Counted from the first letter of the whole stretch, positions 11,531 through 24,073 are shown. The stretch: 63,266 nt of DNA, filler included, from Octopus bimaculoides (GCF_001194135.2; 5 parts of 4 records of this genome joined end to end with filler, not necessarily neighbours in it); one strand, 5' to 3'. Notes: generated by a model from the letters alone, not told the origin. Numbers and translations: made by a program.

Positions 11531-12270
11531 TACCTACCTATGAGACATGATGTTGTGGCCAAGACACTGTACAATGAAATCTGCCGACAGGCTAACCCCG
11601 GGGCTAAGGAGATGAAAACCCATAATGAGGTAGAGGTCATTACCACTCACAATATGAAAGAGTATTGGTGGAATGTCCAAATAAAAACCTCAATAAAATG
11701 CAGGCATAATAGACCGGATATAGTAATCTGGGGCAGAGAATAGAAACTGTGTACAGTAGTAGAAATCAGCTGTCCTGCGGATGTCAACATCACGCTAAAG
11801 ATTAGAGAAAAAGAGAACAACTACGCCGAGGTACTGAGAAATTTGCAGATACTCCACCCAGACTACAAGTTCAGGTTCATACCCGTGATTGTTGGGGCAT
11901 TGGGATATGTAACGAACTGCCTCAACAAAAACCTGGAAAAATTAGGGTTCTCAAAACCTGAAAGAAAAAGGCTGATTAGAAGACTACAGATTCAAGCCAT
12001 CAATGGAACTGTAAAGATATGTAAAACTTTCCAAAGATTTAGCACATAAATACATATGCATACGCCTAGACATGAAAATATAAACATAAAACGCATCCAT
12101 AAAACAAACATACAAATCTGCGCATACACTAACACCAAATACTGCACACACACACACACATGCACAAATACCTAGATGATGTTGATAAAAGTTCCAATGA
12201 AGGAGCCTTGAATCTATGTTAGAGTTCGGCTCTTTCTCTATGGACAAGAAATACAGAAATGAAACTGATT
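11531..12270 (+). mobile_element. 5'-truncated R4/Dong-like non-LTR retrotransposon (restriction-like endonuclease domain + 3' UTR)
   Basis: One frame with a single premature stop (11741-11743): RHDVVAK...WWNVQI...HNRPDIVIW...VVEISCPADVN...KENNY...PVIVGALG, ending at 12049; (ATAC)n on both sides. Confidence 0.85.
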
Positions 12271-12524
12271 GATAACATACATAAATACATACATACACAC
12301 ACACACACACACATACATACATACATACATACATACATACATACATACATGCATACATACATGCATGTATGCATGCATACATACATGCATACATACATAC
12401 ATACGTACATACATACATACATATATACATACATGTGTGTGTGTGTGCGTGCGTGCTTGCCTGTGTTTGTCCCTCACCTCCGCTTGCCGATCACCGTTGA
12501 AGTGATCATGTCCGGATCACCAAG

Positions 12525-13169
12525 TTCAAAAAGTTAACAGAAGAAATGACAGATGGTTATGTGCAGACCCTTCTGAAGTTCCGAGTTTTATGCATACAAA
12601 ATTTCCTGCAACTGTCATGGTGTTAGGGGTTGTCAGCAATGAAGGACATGTGATGCCTTATTACTTCTTTCCGCAAGGCACTTGAGTTAACTCTGCCGCT
12701 TACATTGAGGCGCTGGAAATAATTGTTAAGCCCTGGATAGATAGTGTATGAAATGGAAGGCCATATGTATTTCAGTAAGACTCTGAATGGCTGAAAATGT
12801 TCGTGATCACATAACCCCTAACATTTGGCCTCCTAATTCCCCAGATCCCAATCCATTGGACTATTACACGCGGGGCGTTGTTGAGAAGAAATGTCAATGA
12901 ACACACCCATAACACCAAAGATACTTTGAAAGATGCCGTAGTCAGAGTAATGTCCAAAATGAACCAGGACCACTTGATTCGAGCATGTAGATGATTTAGA
13001 TCTAATAGAGGCACAGTTGTTGAAGCTGAAGGTGTCTTTATTGAATAAGATTATACAAAGAAAGTTTATTTTTATCCTCATTGCATTTTCTAATAAATAA
13101 AGTTATCTGTTATTATATATCTGTTTCTTTTATAAACATAAATTGTCCTCAAATATCTTAGGCAGCCTG
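12525..13169 (+). mobile_element. maT/DD37D-like Tc1/mariner transposon, 3' half
   Basis: Frameshifted NRRNDRWLC, KFPATVMVLG, IWPPNSPDPNPLDY, VEAEGVFIE*; ends in TIR-like ggcagcctg followed by TA. Confidence 0.8.
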
Positions 13170-13179
13170 TATATCTATA

Positions 13180-13340
13180 GACGTGGCTGTGTGGTTAGAA
13201 AATTCCTCCCAGCCACATGGTTCCGGATTTAGTCCCATTGCATGGCCCCTTGTGCAAGTGTCTTCTACTATAGCCTCAGGTCGAACAAAGCCTTGCGAGT
13301 AGATTTGGTAGACAGAAACTGAAAGAAACACGTCGTATAT

Positions 13341-13345
<5 letters not shown>
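13180..13345 (+). mobile_element. tRNA-derived SINE family B, head and body
   Basis: tggctgtgtgg A-box-like head, actatagcctc...gatttggtagac body shared with 22148-22560. Confidence 0.85.
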
Positions 13346-13401
<56 letters not shown>

Positions 13402-13501
13402 NNNNNNNNNNNNNNNNNNNNNNNNNNNNNNNNNNNNNNNNNNNNTTAATTAATTAANNNNNNNNNNNNNNNNNNNNNNNNNNNNNNNNNNNNNNNNNNN
13501 N
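13402..13501. other. Scaffold join with synthetic linker
   Basis: 44 N + TTAATTAATTAA + 44 N = 100 bp; the 12-mer has stops in all six frames. Confidence 0.95.
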
Positions 13502-13739
13502 ATATATATATATATATATATATATAGTCAACAGATGAGATCCGGAGATTCTGTGTATTGGAAACACTTAGTAGCGCTTAAATGATTCGAACTTAGATTC
13601 CAATGTCTTTACGAGGAGTAAAGAGTAGCTCGAAGAAGAATCCAAGTGAGCAGATATGGAGACAATTATGCGGATAAACAAATTAGATATAGTAGCTTGG
13701 ATATGATATACAATTTACATATATATACGTATGTAGGCA

Positions 13740-14250
13740 TGCAAACAGAGAGAAAACAAAGACGGAATTTTCAGACGATGAATATTCATGTGGGGGGAAG
13801 TAAGGTGTTATAAGTTAAACAGCTAATTCTGGGATATCGGAGAGCCACTGTAATATTGATAGATGTACTTCACCAAAATATGCCACTCCTAATTGGATAA
13901 ATCTAGCCTCCTTCATCAGTGTACCTTTAAACCTCTTTGCATCATGACCTGAAAAGTAAGATTTTTTCTACCCAGATGACGGAAGCTCGATTTATCTAAT
14001 GTTTATTTACTTACATTACGCGCTGTATATTTTGGTAAATTACAGCTTGTAACATTATGATGGGTTTCCTAGCTCCCCCCTCCCAGAAGCAGCTGTTGGA
14101 CTTATAACACCATACCTCTTCTGCATTAAGTTTTCTCTGTCGTTTGTAATCTGTGTAAGTTTGATACATTAATATATAAATATCCCTATATATTTATACT
14201 TAAATATTCATCGTCTGAAAATATTCAGTCTTTGCTTCCTTTCTGTTTGC
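13740..14250. mobile_element. ~510-bp MITE-like element with ~48-bp imperfect TIRs
   Basis: attttcagacgatgaatatt 13767-13786 is the exact reverse complement of 14203-14222; similarity extends outward to tgcaaacag / ctgtttgca. Confidence 0.7.
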
Positions 14251-14728
14251 AGGTATACATACATACATACATATATATNNNNNNNNNNNNNNNNNNNNNN
14301 NNNNNNNNNNNNNNNNNNNNNNNNNNNNNNNNNNNNNNNNNNNNNNNNNNNNNNNNNNNNNNNNNNNNNNNNNNNNNNNNNNNNNNNNNNNNNNNNNNNN
14401 NNNNNNNNNNNNNNNNNNNNNNNNNNNNNNNNNNNNNNNNNNNNNNNNNNNNNNNNNNNNNNNNNNNNNNNNNNNNNNNNNNNNNNNNNNNNNNNNNNNN
14501 NNNNNNNNNNNNNNNNNNNNNNNNNNNNNNNNNNNNNNNNNNNNNNNNNNNNNNNNNNNNNNNNNNNNNNNNNNNNNNNNNNNNNNNNNNNNNNNNNNNN
14601 NNNNNNNNNNNNNNNNNNNNNNNNNNNNNNNNNNNNNNNNNNNNNNNNNNNNNNNNNNNNNNNNNNNNNNNNNNNNNNNNNNNNNNNNATATATATATAC
14701 TTTATTAAAAAAGCAGCAAAAATATCAC

Positions 14729-14775
14729 AAAAACTGTTATTCAGAGTTTCACGTTCCCGTTCGTCGGACAGTTTT
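14729..14775 (-). ncRNA. Degenerate minimal type I hammerhead
   Basis: Minus strand AAAACUGU-CcGACGA-ACG(GGAA)CGU-GAAA-CUC-U-GAa-UA-ACAGUUUU: 8-bp stem I, U4>C in the core and one stem III mismatch. Confidence 0.6.
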
Positions 14776-15620
14776 GTTTAGGATGGAGTAAGATAAAGTT
14801 ATATGCAGAAATACAATTACTTTGATAGATACACATTTGAAAATGGTTTTGTTTCATTGGTCCTTTCAACTATTGGTTTTTGCAATAACTGGTTGCATGA
14901 AATAACAATTGCGGTTAAAAATCATATTATTATAAAAATCGAAAACAAAACTTAAATCAAAAATAGCTTATGTAGAAGAAATCGGCCTGAATACCCAGGG
15001 TAAATAATTAGCAGTAAAAATAATGATAAATTAAAAGATATATCCATTAAAAAACTTCCACGCTAAAATACAAATACATTTAGCAATAAATACACATACC
15101 AAAGTTAATTATGACACGTTTATAATTTTTGATATTTTTAATAATATTGTTTAACATTTTTCTATCTTAATATAATAAGTATTTTTATATAAATTCATTT
15201 GTTATTTATTGTTGGTTGCTATATACATTCTTTTTATTCTTATTATTGTTGTATTTTGACCTGAAGATTAGCTATATTTTTGAATAGAATTGATTTTCGA
15301 TCGATTTAATCGATTTGAATATATTTATTTTTTATTTGAAAACTTGGTTATGAAACATGTGTAGTCGTTTTATTATCATTATCTTATGATTTTTACTTCG
15401 TATTATATTATACTTATTTATCGTGCATTTACTTATTACCTTTTCTATATGTGACTGGATTTTCATTGATGAGTTCATGAACTTTGGTTCTTTTCTCTAA
15501 AATTATTTATTTATATATTTTATACTGTGAAACTTAATTTGATTTTAATTTTTGATAAATTGAATTTAATTGAGTTTTACCTGTAAATTTGGATTTTATC
15601 TCTAATATTATTATCATAAT

Positions 15621-15884
<264 letters not shown>

Positions 15885-16220
15885 GTTGATCAGTTGTTTG
15901 TATCCTACCCCTGGTATAATACAACATGTATTTAGTCAAAATATGTCTTGTTTCAATCAAGATATATGATAATCAAAAACTAAGCTCCGCTGAGTGATAA
16001 ATATGTAGTATTAACTAGGATGACCTCATCTTTGTAAGTAGCAGTGGAAGCACTAAATACTAGAAATTTCACGAATGTTTAAGTTAGATTTCAGGGCTGA
16101 ATGGAGGACAAAAACACACCAAGGACAACCACTCCACTAGGAAAAAAAAAACCCTAGATCAGAATTTTCCTTTATCTTTAGCTGACCACATTTTGCCTTT
16201 GAGGTTTGAAATTTCCCCAA

Positions 16221-16266
16221 GACACCTGATGAAGGCTGGAGGGTATATCAGCCGAAACGTTGTGTT
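16221..16266 (+). ncRNA. Minimal type I hammerhead ribozyme (PLE-type, palindromic stem III)
   Basis: GACAC-CUGAUGA-A-GGCUG(GAGGGUAUAU)CAGCC-GAAACGU-U-GUGUU; perfect 5-bp stem II, ACGU palindromic stem III, GUU cleavage triplet. Confidence 0.72.
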
Positions 16267-16431
16267 AACAACAAACAAGATGAGGACAAATATTCGTCGA
16301 ATAATTCCTCATCTCTTAAATATAGAACTGTATTTACATTACATTTGACGTGTTAAGGTCATCTCTACAGATTTTCTATAAAAACTATAGCCAGCACTGA
16401 TTTTATTGTGACGTTTAGTATATGAGATGAA

Positions 16432-16644
16432 AGGCGGTGAGCTGGCAGAAACGTTTGCACGCCGGGCGAAATGCTTAGCGGTATTTCGTCTGACGCTACG
16501 TTCTGAGTTCAAATTCCGCTCAGGTCGACTTTGCCTCACATCCTTTCGGGGTCGATAAATTAAGTACCAGTTCTGTACTGGTTCGATCTAATCGACTGAC
16601 CCCCTCCCCAAAAAATTTCGGGCCTTGTGCCTAGAGTAGAAAAG
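16432..16644 (+). mobile_element. tRNA-derived SINE family C, full length
   Basis: A-box-like tggcagaaacg, B-box-like gagttcaaattcc, shared tail; homologous to 1510-1713, 30704-30937 and 56135-56340. Confidence 0.88.
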
Positions 16645-17249
16645 TTAAATATCTGAGACGTTAGATGTAAACAAACAATGAGATCGAAAATAAAGAAATG
16701 CGTTATGGACGTGAGTCTTTGCTCCTTCGTCAGCACCCATCCAACCCATTGACCATCCACGAACTCATTGCTTAAATAGCCACTGCATATAGCGATGTAA
16801 TGTTATTGGGTATGCCAATTTTGCATATTAAACACATTCCTGGAAGCTGGTTCATAAATATTAATGACTTATAGGGACGCGATATTCTGTTATGCAACCA
16901 TAATATTAAGCGTTTTTATAAGTCAATGCTTTAATATTTTAATATTAGATGATATTAAAGTTCAAAAACAGGAAAAATATAACCGAGGTGGGTTTTATCA
17001 TAGGGTGGGGGTGGGCTTGTCTAAAACCCTTCAGAGGTTGGTATGGCTGAGGGGATTCTGTATCAATGATAATGGTGTTTTTCTTTTTTTGTTTCTTTTT
17101 ATCGATATCAACTGCTGCATCTAATAACACCCCTATGATATTATACCTCCACCACCACCACCTCCATCATCAATACTACCATCTTTATTAGTACCAGTAC
17201 TACGATCACTACCACCACCGTTGACGTCATTATCACTACTACAGATATT

Positions 17250-17510
17250 ACTCGATGAATGACCATGGGATTGCACCTAGAAGTTACCCTCCGAGGCACA
17301 AGTCCGGGCAAGGTTATTTATGGAAGACCAGAAGTTGCCCATGCATACCACCCTCCCATCTCCACGCCACCGATGTTATCCAAGGGAAAGGCTGAGGCCC
17401 ATACAGCTTCGAACCAGTGATGTCACTATTCATTTCTACGTCTTGCTCAAAAATACAACACACAGCCTAAACCGGGAATCGAACTCACTACCTCATGACT
17501 ATAAGCCTGA
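17250..17510 (-). mobile_element. tRNA-derived SINE family D
   Basis: ccgggaatcgaactc is a B-box on the minus strand; the body reappears in opposite orientation at ~24970-25080. Confidence 0.7.
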
Positions 17511-17918
17511 TTACCCCCACTACAACAGCCACAATTATTACTACCAACAGCACCACCACTACAATCGTCACAACCACTACCATCATCACTACCACCACTA
17601 TCACCATGATCTATACTACCACGGACACCACTACAACTGCAACCACTGTCATCACTGTCACAGTTAACACCTCAGGCACCACCGATACTATCACCCCATC
17701 CTTACAACTACCAACACCAACCACTGCAGATACTACCTTAGCAGCTATTAAAACAACCACCAAACACTACAGTCACAACCACCAGAGAGATCACCATAAC
17801 CACTACCGCAACCCGAACCATCACCACCGACACCACCACCATAACGGCCACCGCCACCATCGCTACCGAACCCCCACCGCCGCCGCCACTGATACTACTG
17901 TGATACAACTCTGGCCAG

Positions 17919-18041
17919 ATGGACGTTGAAATCACGAGCGCCATTGTCAATAGCGAAGCAGACAAGCCGTCGAGTGCTGACAGATGGACCGGGCCATCTG
18001 TGATAGCGGCAAATAGCACGGATCATGGGTGTGGTGGAGAG
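17919..18041 (+). CDS. Candidate 123-bp phase 0-0 exon, unidentified
   Basis: AG|ATG...GAG|GTAACC, open 41 codons (MDVEITSAIVNSEADKPSSADRWTGPSVIAANSTDHGCGGE), locally GC/CpG-rich; weak polypyrimidine tract, no homology recognised. Confidence 0.2.
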
Positions 18042-19139
18042 GTAACCTTCTTCATTTGCTGTGTTCGGCCAAGGGAGGGAGTGGTTGGAAAATAACAGTC
18101 GGGGATGGAGTGTGATAGCGGCACACGAACCAATGTTTACGTTTATTTTCATGTTAAGCTAAGTAAGAAGTAAAGAGAACGTTGGCAACTCAACACGAGA
18201 GTAAGGCCCTAAAGAGGAAATTAATGTTGTTATGGAAAGATAAAAACCGGGATTTCGTCGAAATATTTTCAAAGCTACTTTTTGTCGTTGATTGCTTTAG
18301 TTTTCTTGTATTTTTCTTTATACTTTTTTTTCTGTTTCTTTCATTTTTATTACTATGGCTTTCTTTGACGAATATTTATTGTCTAACCGCTGTTCTAAAT
18401 GCGACCATCCTGTCTCTTTTTCATTCATCTGCGGCCCTGGATTAGCAAAATCGTTTGAGCCGCGAAGACAAAAAGGTGCTCCGGTATTTTTTCCAGCTCT
18501 TCGCCTTCTGAGTTCAAATCCAGTTGAAGTAAGCGTTGACTTTCATCCTTTCAGACATGATGAAATAAATACCGGTCATGTACTGAGGTCTATAGCAATA
18601 TCTAACTTCCTCCTTACGAAAGTTAGCTTTATGCTTAAATTAGAAACTATATTATACCTATGACAGTTTGTCCGTTGTAGCGAATAACTTCTGAAATACT
18701 GGAACTAATGAATTCTTCAAAGGTATTTTAAACTCGTATTTTATTATGAAATTATCGAGGTACTTGAAAAAGGTGGACATCGGTCGAAGAGAGGTCTAAG
18801 AGATGGAGTTTTGTAGACCAGTTCGTTCAAAATATGCAGTTGTTTGCAACATATGTGGTCGGGCGTTGTCATGGTAAAGAACCAGTTCTTTTTCGGTTGA
18901 TCAACGCTGGACGTATTTCTCAGTTTTCTATTATAATTACTATTTTAATAGCTGCAGTTATTCACTGTATAAATAATGTAATTATTCATAATATCTATTT
19001 ACTTTTCAAACTGACTGCGATTTGGTCGCCAATTCTTGCAGGTTGAGAAAATGTAGGCATTTTTTTTCATTGGTTTCTGCTTACTTTAGTATCAGTGTTC
19101 TGTGATGGACACAGTCAGTAATTTTTAATGCATTTCTAT

Positions 19140-19435
19140 CTAGGATCAACATTGTATTCCACTTTCTTGGATCAACATTGCCTTTCAATTCCTGGAAACA
19201 ATTTCGTCTTTCATCCTTCTGAGATCAATTTTACTTTTCACGTTCTGTGAGCAACTTTACCTTTCATGTTCTGAGATCAGCCCTGGCTTTCTCATTCTGC
19301 ACACAACTTTGCCACATATTTTTCTGAGATAAACTTTACCATTCACATTCCGATATCAATTTCATCCTTCTGAGATCGACTGTGCCTTTCACATTCTGCA
19401 AATAACTTAGCTAGATATCTTTCTGTGATCAATAC
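19140..19435. repeat. Degenerate 26-bp minisatellite, about 11 units
   Basis: ttctg-initiated units at 19217, 19243, 19269, 19295 (period 26); consensus approx. ttctgagatcaactttrcctttcaca. Confidence 0.8.
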
Positions 19436-19763
19436 ATCCATCCATCCATATATTCATCTATGTGTGTATATATATATATATATATACACACATATGTATG
19501 TAAATATATGTATGCATATATATATGTAAGTGTAATATAAAGTTTATAATATATATATATATACTTTTTTCAGTGTTCTGCTTTGTTATAACTAGAAATG
19601 ACTTCCAGGAAAGTAGCATTACCTTTTTTAGGTCGTTCAATTTTTCTCAGCAGATTGAATAAACCTATTAGTAACATACCTATAATGACTACTCAAAACA
19701 GCTGTAAGCCAAATTTGCTCCAATAAGAAAAAAATTATGCTATGACCATTATTTATAACTTGT

Positions 19764-19802
<39 letters not shown>

Positions 19803-20039
19803 GTATATNNNNNNNNNNNNNNNNNNNNNNNNNNNNNNNNNNNNNNNNNNNNNNNNNNNNNNNNNNNNNNNNNNNNNNNNNNNNNNNNNNNNNNNNNNNN
19901 NNNNNNNNNNNNNNNNNNNNNNNNNNNNNNNNNNNNNNNNNNNNNNNNNNNNNNNNNNNNNNNNNNNNNNNNNNNNNNNNNNNNNNNNNNNNNNNNNNNN
20001 NNNNNNNNNNNNNNNNNNNNNNNNNNNNNNNNNNNNNNN

Positions 20040-20071
<32 letters not shown>

Positions 20072-21467
20072 TAATATATATGTATATAATTTTTTGAACT
20101 TTTATATGTGATTTTATTTCAATTTAGTTATACGTCGTTTACTTATAAGCGTGTATATATTTTTGTAAGTATAATTGAGTATCTATATGTGTATTCACAC
20201 ATACATAATTACATTAAATGGTCAACGTTGCATTTAAAACGACAGTAAGCGGAGAGTTGAACGCTGATTGGCTAAAATAATTTTTTATGGGGTTTACCAT
20301 TCATTTTATTAAATCTGTTGTTATTATCATTTTTTGTTTTTTCGCACATCCCCTTTCTCTGCACCCCTTCTGTTATTTTTCTCCCTGAGAAAGAAATATA
20401 TTTTGGTTGAATTATTTTTAGATTTTTTATTTTATATTTTTGTTTTTTTCCATTTTTTTGCTTTTATATTTTCATTAAGGTTTTGGTTTGGGTGCTAGGT
20501 GGATTATTCCCCACCGCTTTTGTGACTGCGGTAGTTTAAATACCAACACCTGATCCCCTATTTTCACTGCGCATGTGATCAGAGTTTTTTGGGTGTTGTT
20601 GTTGTTGTCTTTTGGGAGATGAGATTATATAAAACAAAATATATAAACAAAAAAGAATGTGGTATAGAACGAGATAGGAAAGAGAGAGAAAGAGAGAGAG
20701 AGTATAGGTCTTTGTCATGATGTTTTTGTTAATACTGTTATTGCTATGATTTTGTTGTTGTCGTTCTTTAGTCGCCATTTTATTGTTTTCTTTTTAAAAA
20801 AAATAGTTGTATGGATATCTTTATTCCGTCGTAGATGAACATAGAATGGTGTTGTGGGGTGTGACGTTGTGTCGGGTACTGTATCACGGTGAGGTGGGGT
20901 GAGTGAGTTGTGGGATGAGGTACTGTGTTGATGAGGTTTGGCATTAAGGGTTTGTCTAAATCCCTATTTTTATTGCATATTATTTGTATTTTTAATGTTT
21001 TTCTCCTTCCCATTTCTTCTTCTTCTTCTTTTTTTTTCTTCTTCTTCTTCTTCTTCTTTTTCTTCTTCTTCTTCTTCTTCTTCTTCTTCTTCTTCTTCTT
21101 CTTCTTCTTCTTCTTCTTCTTCTTCTTCTTCTCTTTGGTTTACTTTTGTGAATGTTTGTATTTTTGCGTAATATTTTTTTTTATAATTAGTTGGGATTTT
21201 TTTTAAAAGTGATTTCTGTCATTTATTTACTTTTATTTTTTTTTTGCGTCATTTCGTTTGCGATCAACACCCAAAGCAATTTGAACTTAGCCCCTCCCAT
21301 ACCAATTACTATCCTCCATCCCTTCATAGGCACATACACACACACACATATATACTCACTAAATAATTCAATAATTAAGATTTTATAAATCAAAAATAAA
21401 CCGCCATCTTTTTTCATTCGCTTAATATAGTTTGATGTTAATTTTATTATTCGTTTTAATGTCTGTT

Positions 21468-21535
<68 letters not shown>

Positions 21536-22147
21536 AGTAGTAGTAGTAGTAGTAGTGGGTCAGGGGTGGCGGCGGTGGCGGTGCTGGCGGTGCTGGCGGT
21601 GCTGGCAGTGCTGGTGGCGGTAGTGGTGGTGGTAGTTCTGATTGTGGTGGTAGTAGTAGTAGTAGTAGTAGTTGCTGTTATTGTTGTCGTTTCGTATTTT
21701 GTTTTCATTTGGAAGTGAAATGGCCGAGTGGTTATTTTATCGAGCTGGCACCCTGAGGGTCGAAGGCTCATATTGACCTGCAGGCTAGTATTTCTCTCAT
21801 CGTATCCCTCGGGGAGCTGACATAGTCAATTAGTTCCATTTGACGTAAGATTTTATCAAGCTCCAAGATAGGTCAGATGCGAATGGCGAAGTTTTCTACA
21901 GGGGAAGTTAACTAAGGTGAAGTTAACTATGAAAGACTAGCGTTCTATCCATGAGCGACTTATCTCCACACCCATTTAAGACTACGGAATGAACAGTTAG
22001 ATTATCTTTCTCTAATGATGTATATATTTTGAAAAGTTACATTTAAGTGTTAATTTCAAGTTTTAATTTTTAAGTCATTTCATTCGTCGTAAAAAATTAT
22101 TACAACTCACAAAAATCAACGTTTTTACTGTAAATGTTTTAAAGGAT

Positions 22148-22560
22148 TACTCTTTTACTCTTTTACTTGTTTCAGTCATTTGACTGTGGCCATGCTGGAG
22201 CACCGCCTTTAATCGAACAAATCGACCCCAGGACTTATTCTTTGTAAGCCTAGTACTTATTCTATCGGTCTCTTTTGTCGAACCGCTAAGTTACGGGGAC
22301 CTAAACACACCAGCATCGGTTGTCAAGCGATGTTGGGGGACAAACACAGACACACAAACATATACACACACACATACATACATATATACATATATACGAC
22401 GGGCTTCTTTCAGTTTCCATCTACCAAATCCACTCACAAGTCTTTGGTCGGCCCGAGGCTATAGTAGAAGAGACTTGCCCAAGGTGCCACGCAGTGGAAC
22501 TGAACCCGGAACCATGTGGTTGGTAAGCAAGCTACTTACCACACAGCCACTCCTACGCCT
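22148..22560 (-). mobile_element. tRNA-derived SINE family B, full length
   Basis: Minus-strand head aggcgtaggagtggctgtgtgg...gggttcagttcc, central (CA/TA) tract, tail ending (gagtaaaa)n. Confidence 0.9.
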
Positions 22561-22624
22561 ATAAATTATTATTGAAATAAGTCGCATTAGTCATTCTAAC
22601 CTTTAAAACACACACAGACGACGG

Positions 22625-22830
22625 GTTAGCAGAATCGTTACCGTGTCAGACAAAATGCTTAGTGGCATTTATTCTGGTTCCTCAAATTCGAAGTTCAAAT
22701 TCCGCTAAGGCTATCTTTGCCTTTCTACCTTTCGGGACCAATAACATAGGTACCAGACAAGTACTGGAATCGGTGTAGTCACTATCCTCTTCCCAATAAA
22801 ATGACTTGCTTTGTATCAGAATTTGAAAAC
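22625..22830 (+). mobile_element. SINE family C, diverged
   Basis: gcagaatcgtta...aagttcaaattccg...tttgcctttc similarity to 16432-16644. Confidence 0.7.
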
Positions 22831-22872
22831 ATTATAATCAAACAGGTTAAGCTCTCATCTGTATTATTATTA

Positions 22873-22936
<64 letters not shown>

Positions 22937-22942
<6 letters not shown>

Positions 22943-23499
22943 TGAGTGAGAGAGCAATGTATGCCATCGAAGTGACACTGGGGTAAAATATACGAAGCCC
23001 TGTATACCCATCATGACTACCAATCTGATAAGGGTACACCAGGCACATACATCACAACCATATGTGCGCGACATGGTGATCTCTTATCAAGATAAACAGC
23101 ACATGACCTTGCAGATGGGGCCCAGTTTAAATTTTCTTCAGGTTGAGTAGCCCATACCGCTGAAAAGGTCTATGAATAAGGTTTGTTTAAGGATGTTGAA
23201 CCACAGACCCATGTTTCCAGAGGTGAATTATTCAAACCCCAAAGAATTCCTCTCAACACATGGCTATGATGCTCCCCCACTACTTCTGCTCATGATTAGA
23301 GATGCACATATCGTCAGCCACCAAGGGACATGCTCAACTGGTTATGGTCAAACAACTGACAAGCAAATCTGTGGTATTAAGCAGAATATATGCTGTAGCC
23401 CATCTTTTTATACCAAGACAGAACAATGTACATGATAACGCTTCCAATCAATTAAGATCAGAAGCCATGAGAGCCACTGCCTGGTACTGCATCCGGGCA
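22937..23499 (-). mobile_element. ~560-bp non-coding insert between (ATT)n tracts, probable retroposon or LINE 3' end
   Basis: (ATT)n on both sides; resembles a common octopus interspersed repeat from memory; single copy in this window; strand inferred from a presumed (AAT)n tail. Confidence 0.5.
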
Positions 23500-23522
23500 T
23501 TTATTATTATTATTATTATTAT

Positions 23523-23627
<105 letters not shown>

Positions 23628-24032
23628 CATTATTATTATTATTATGTGTGGCCTAGTCGTTAGGGTGTTGGGACTCACGATTGCAACGTAGTACGATCGG
23701 GCTGAGTGTTGTGTCCTTAAGCAAGGTATTTCATTTCAGATTCCTCCAGTCTGCTCTGCTATAAAGAGACCTCACCTACTCCTAGTGCAACTCTTTCCCT
23801 CCAATTGCTATACAGTCAATCTTCTGCCCAGTCATGGTTGGTGTGGCCGAGAAGGTTTCTACTTCTTCTTCATGAAGACATAGGCATCTAAAAATTTAGT
23901 GCAAGCGAGGCACAATTTATCTGGCCATACTCGAAAGCGAACCAGTTAAGTTACAGGGACGTAAACAAACCAACAGTGGTTGTCTAGCGATGGTGGAGTA
24001 CATGCACAAACACAAACACACACACACACACG

Positions 24033-24073
<41 letters not shown>

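Noticed and set aside
13446-13457. TTAATTAATTAA motif recurring four times
   Set aside because: Always centred in 44 N + 44 N; a synthetic six-frame-stop scaffold linker, not biology.
15254-15366. CUGAAGA ... GAAACAUGU-G-UAGUC hammerhead-like motif
   Set aside because: G at the cleavage position, stem I out of register, very long AT-rich stem II; at best a relic.
19140-19435. Regularly spaced repeats as a CRISPR-like array
   Set aside because: Contiguous degenerate tandem units with no unique spacers; eukaryotic context, no cas genes.
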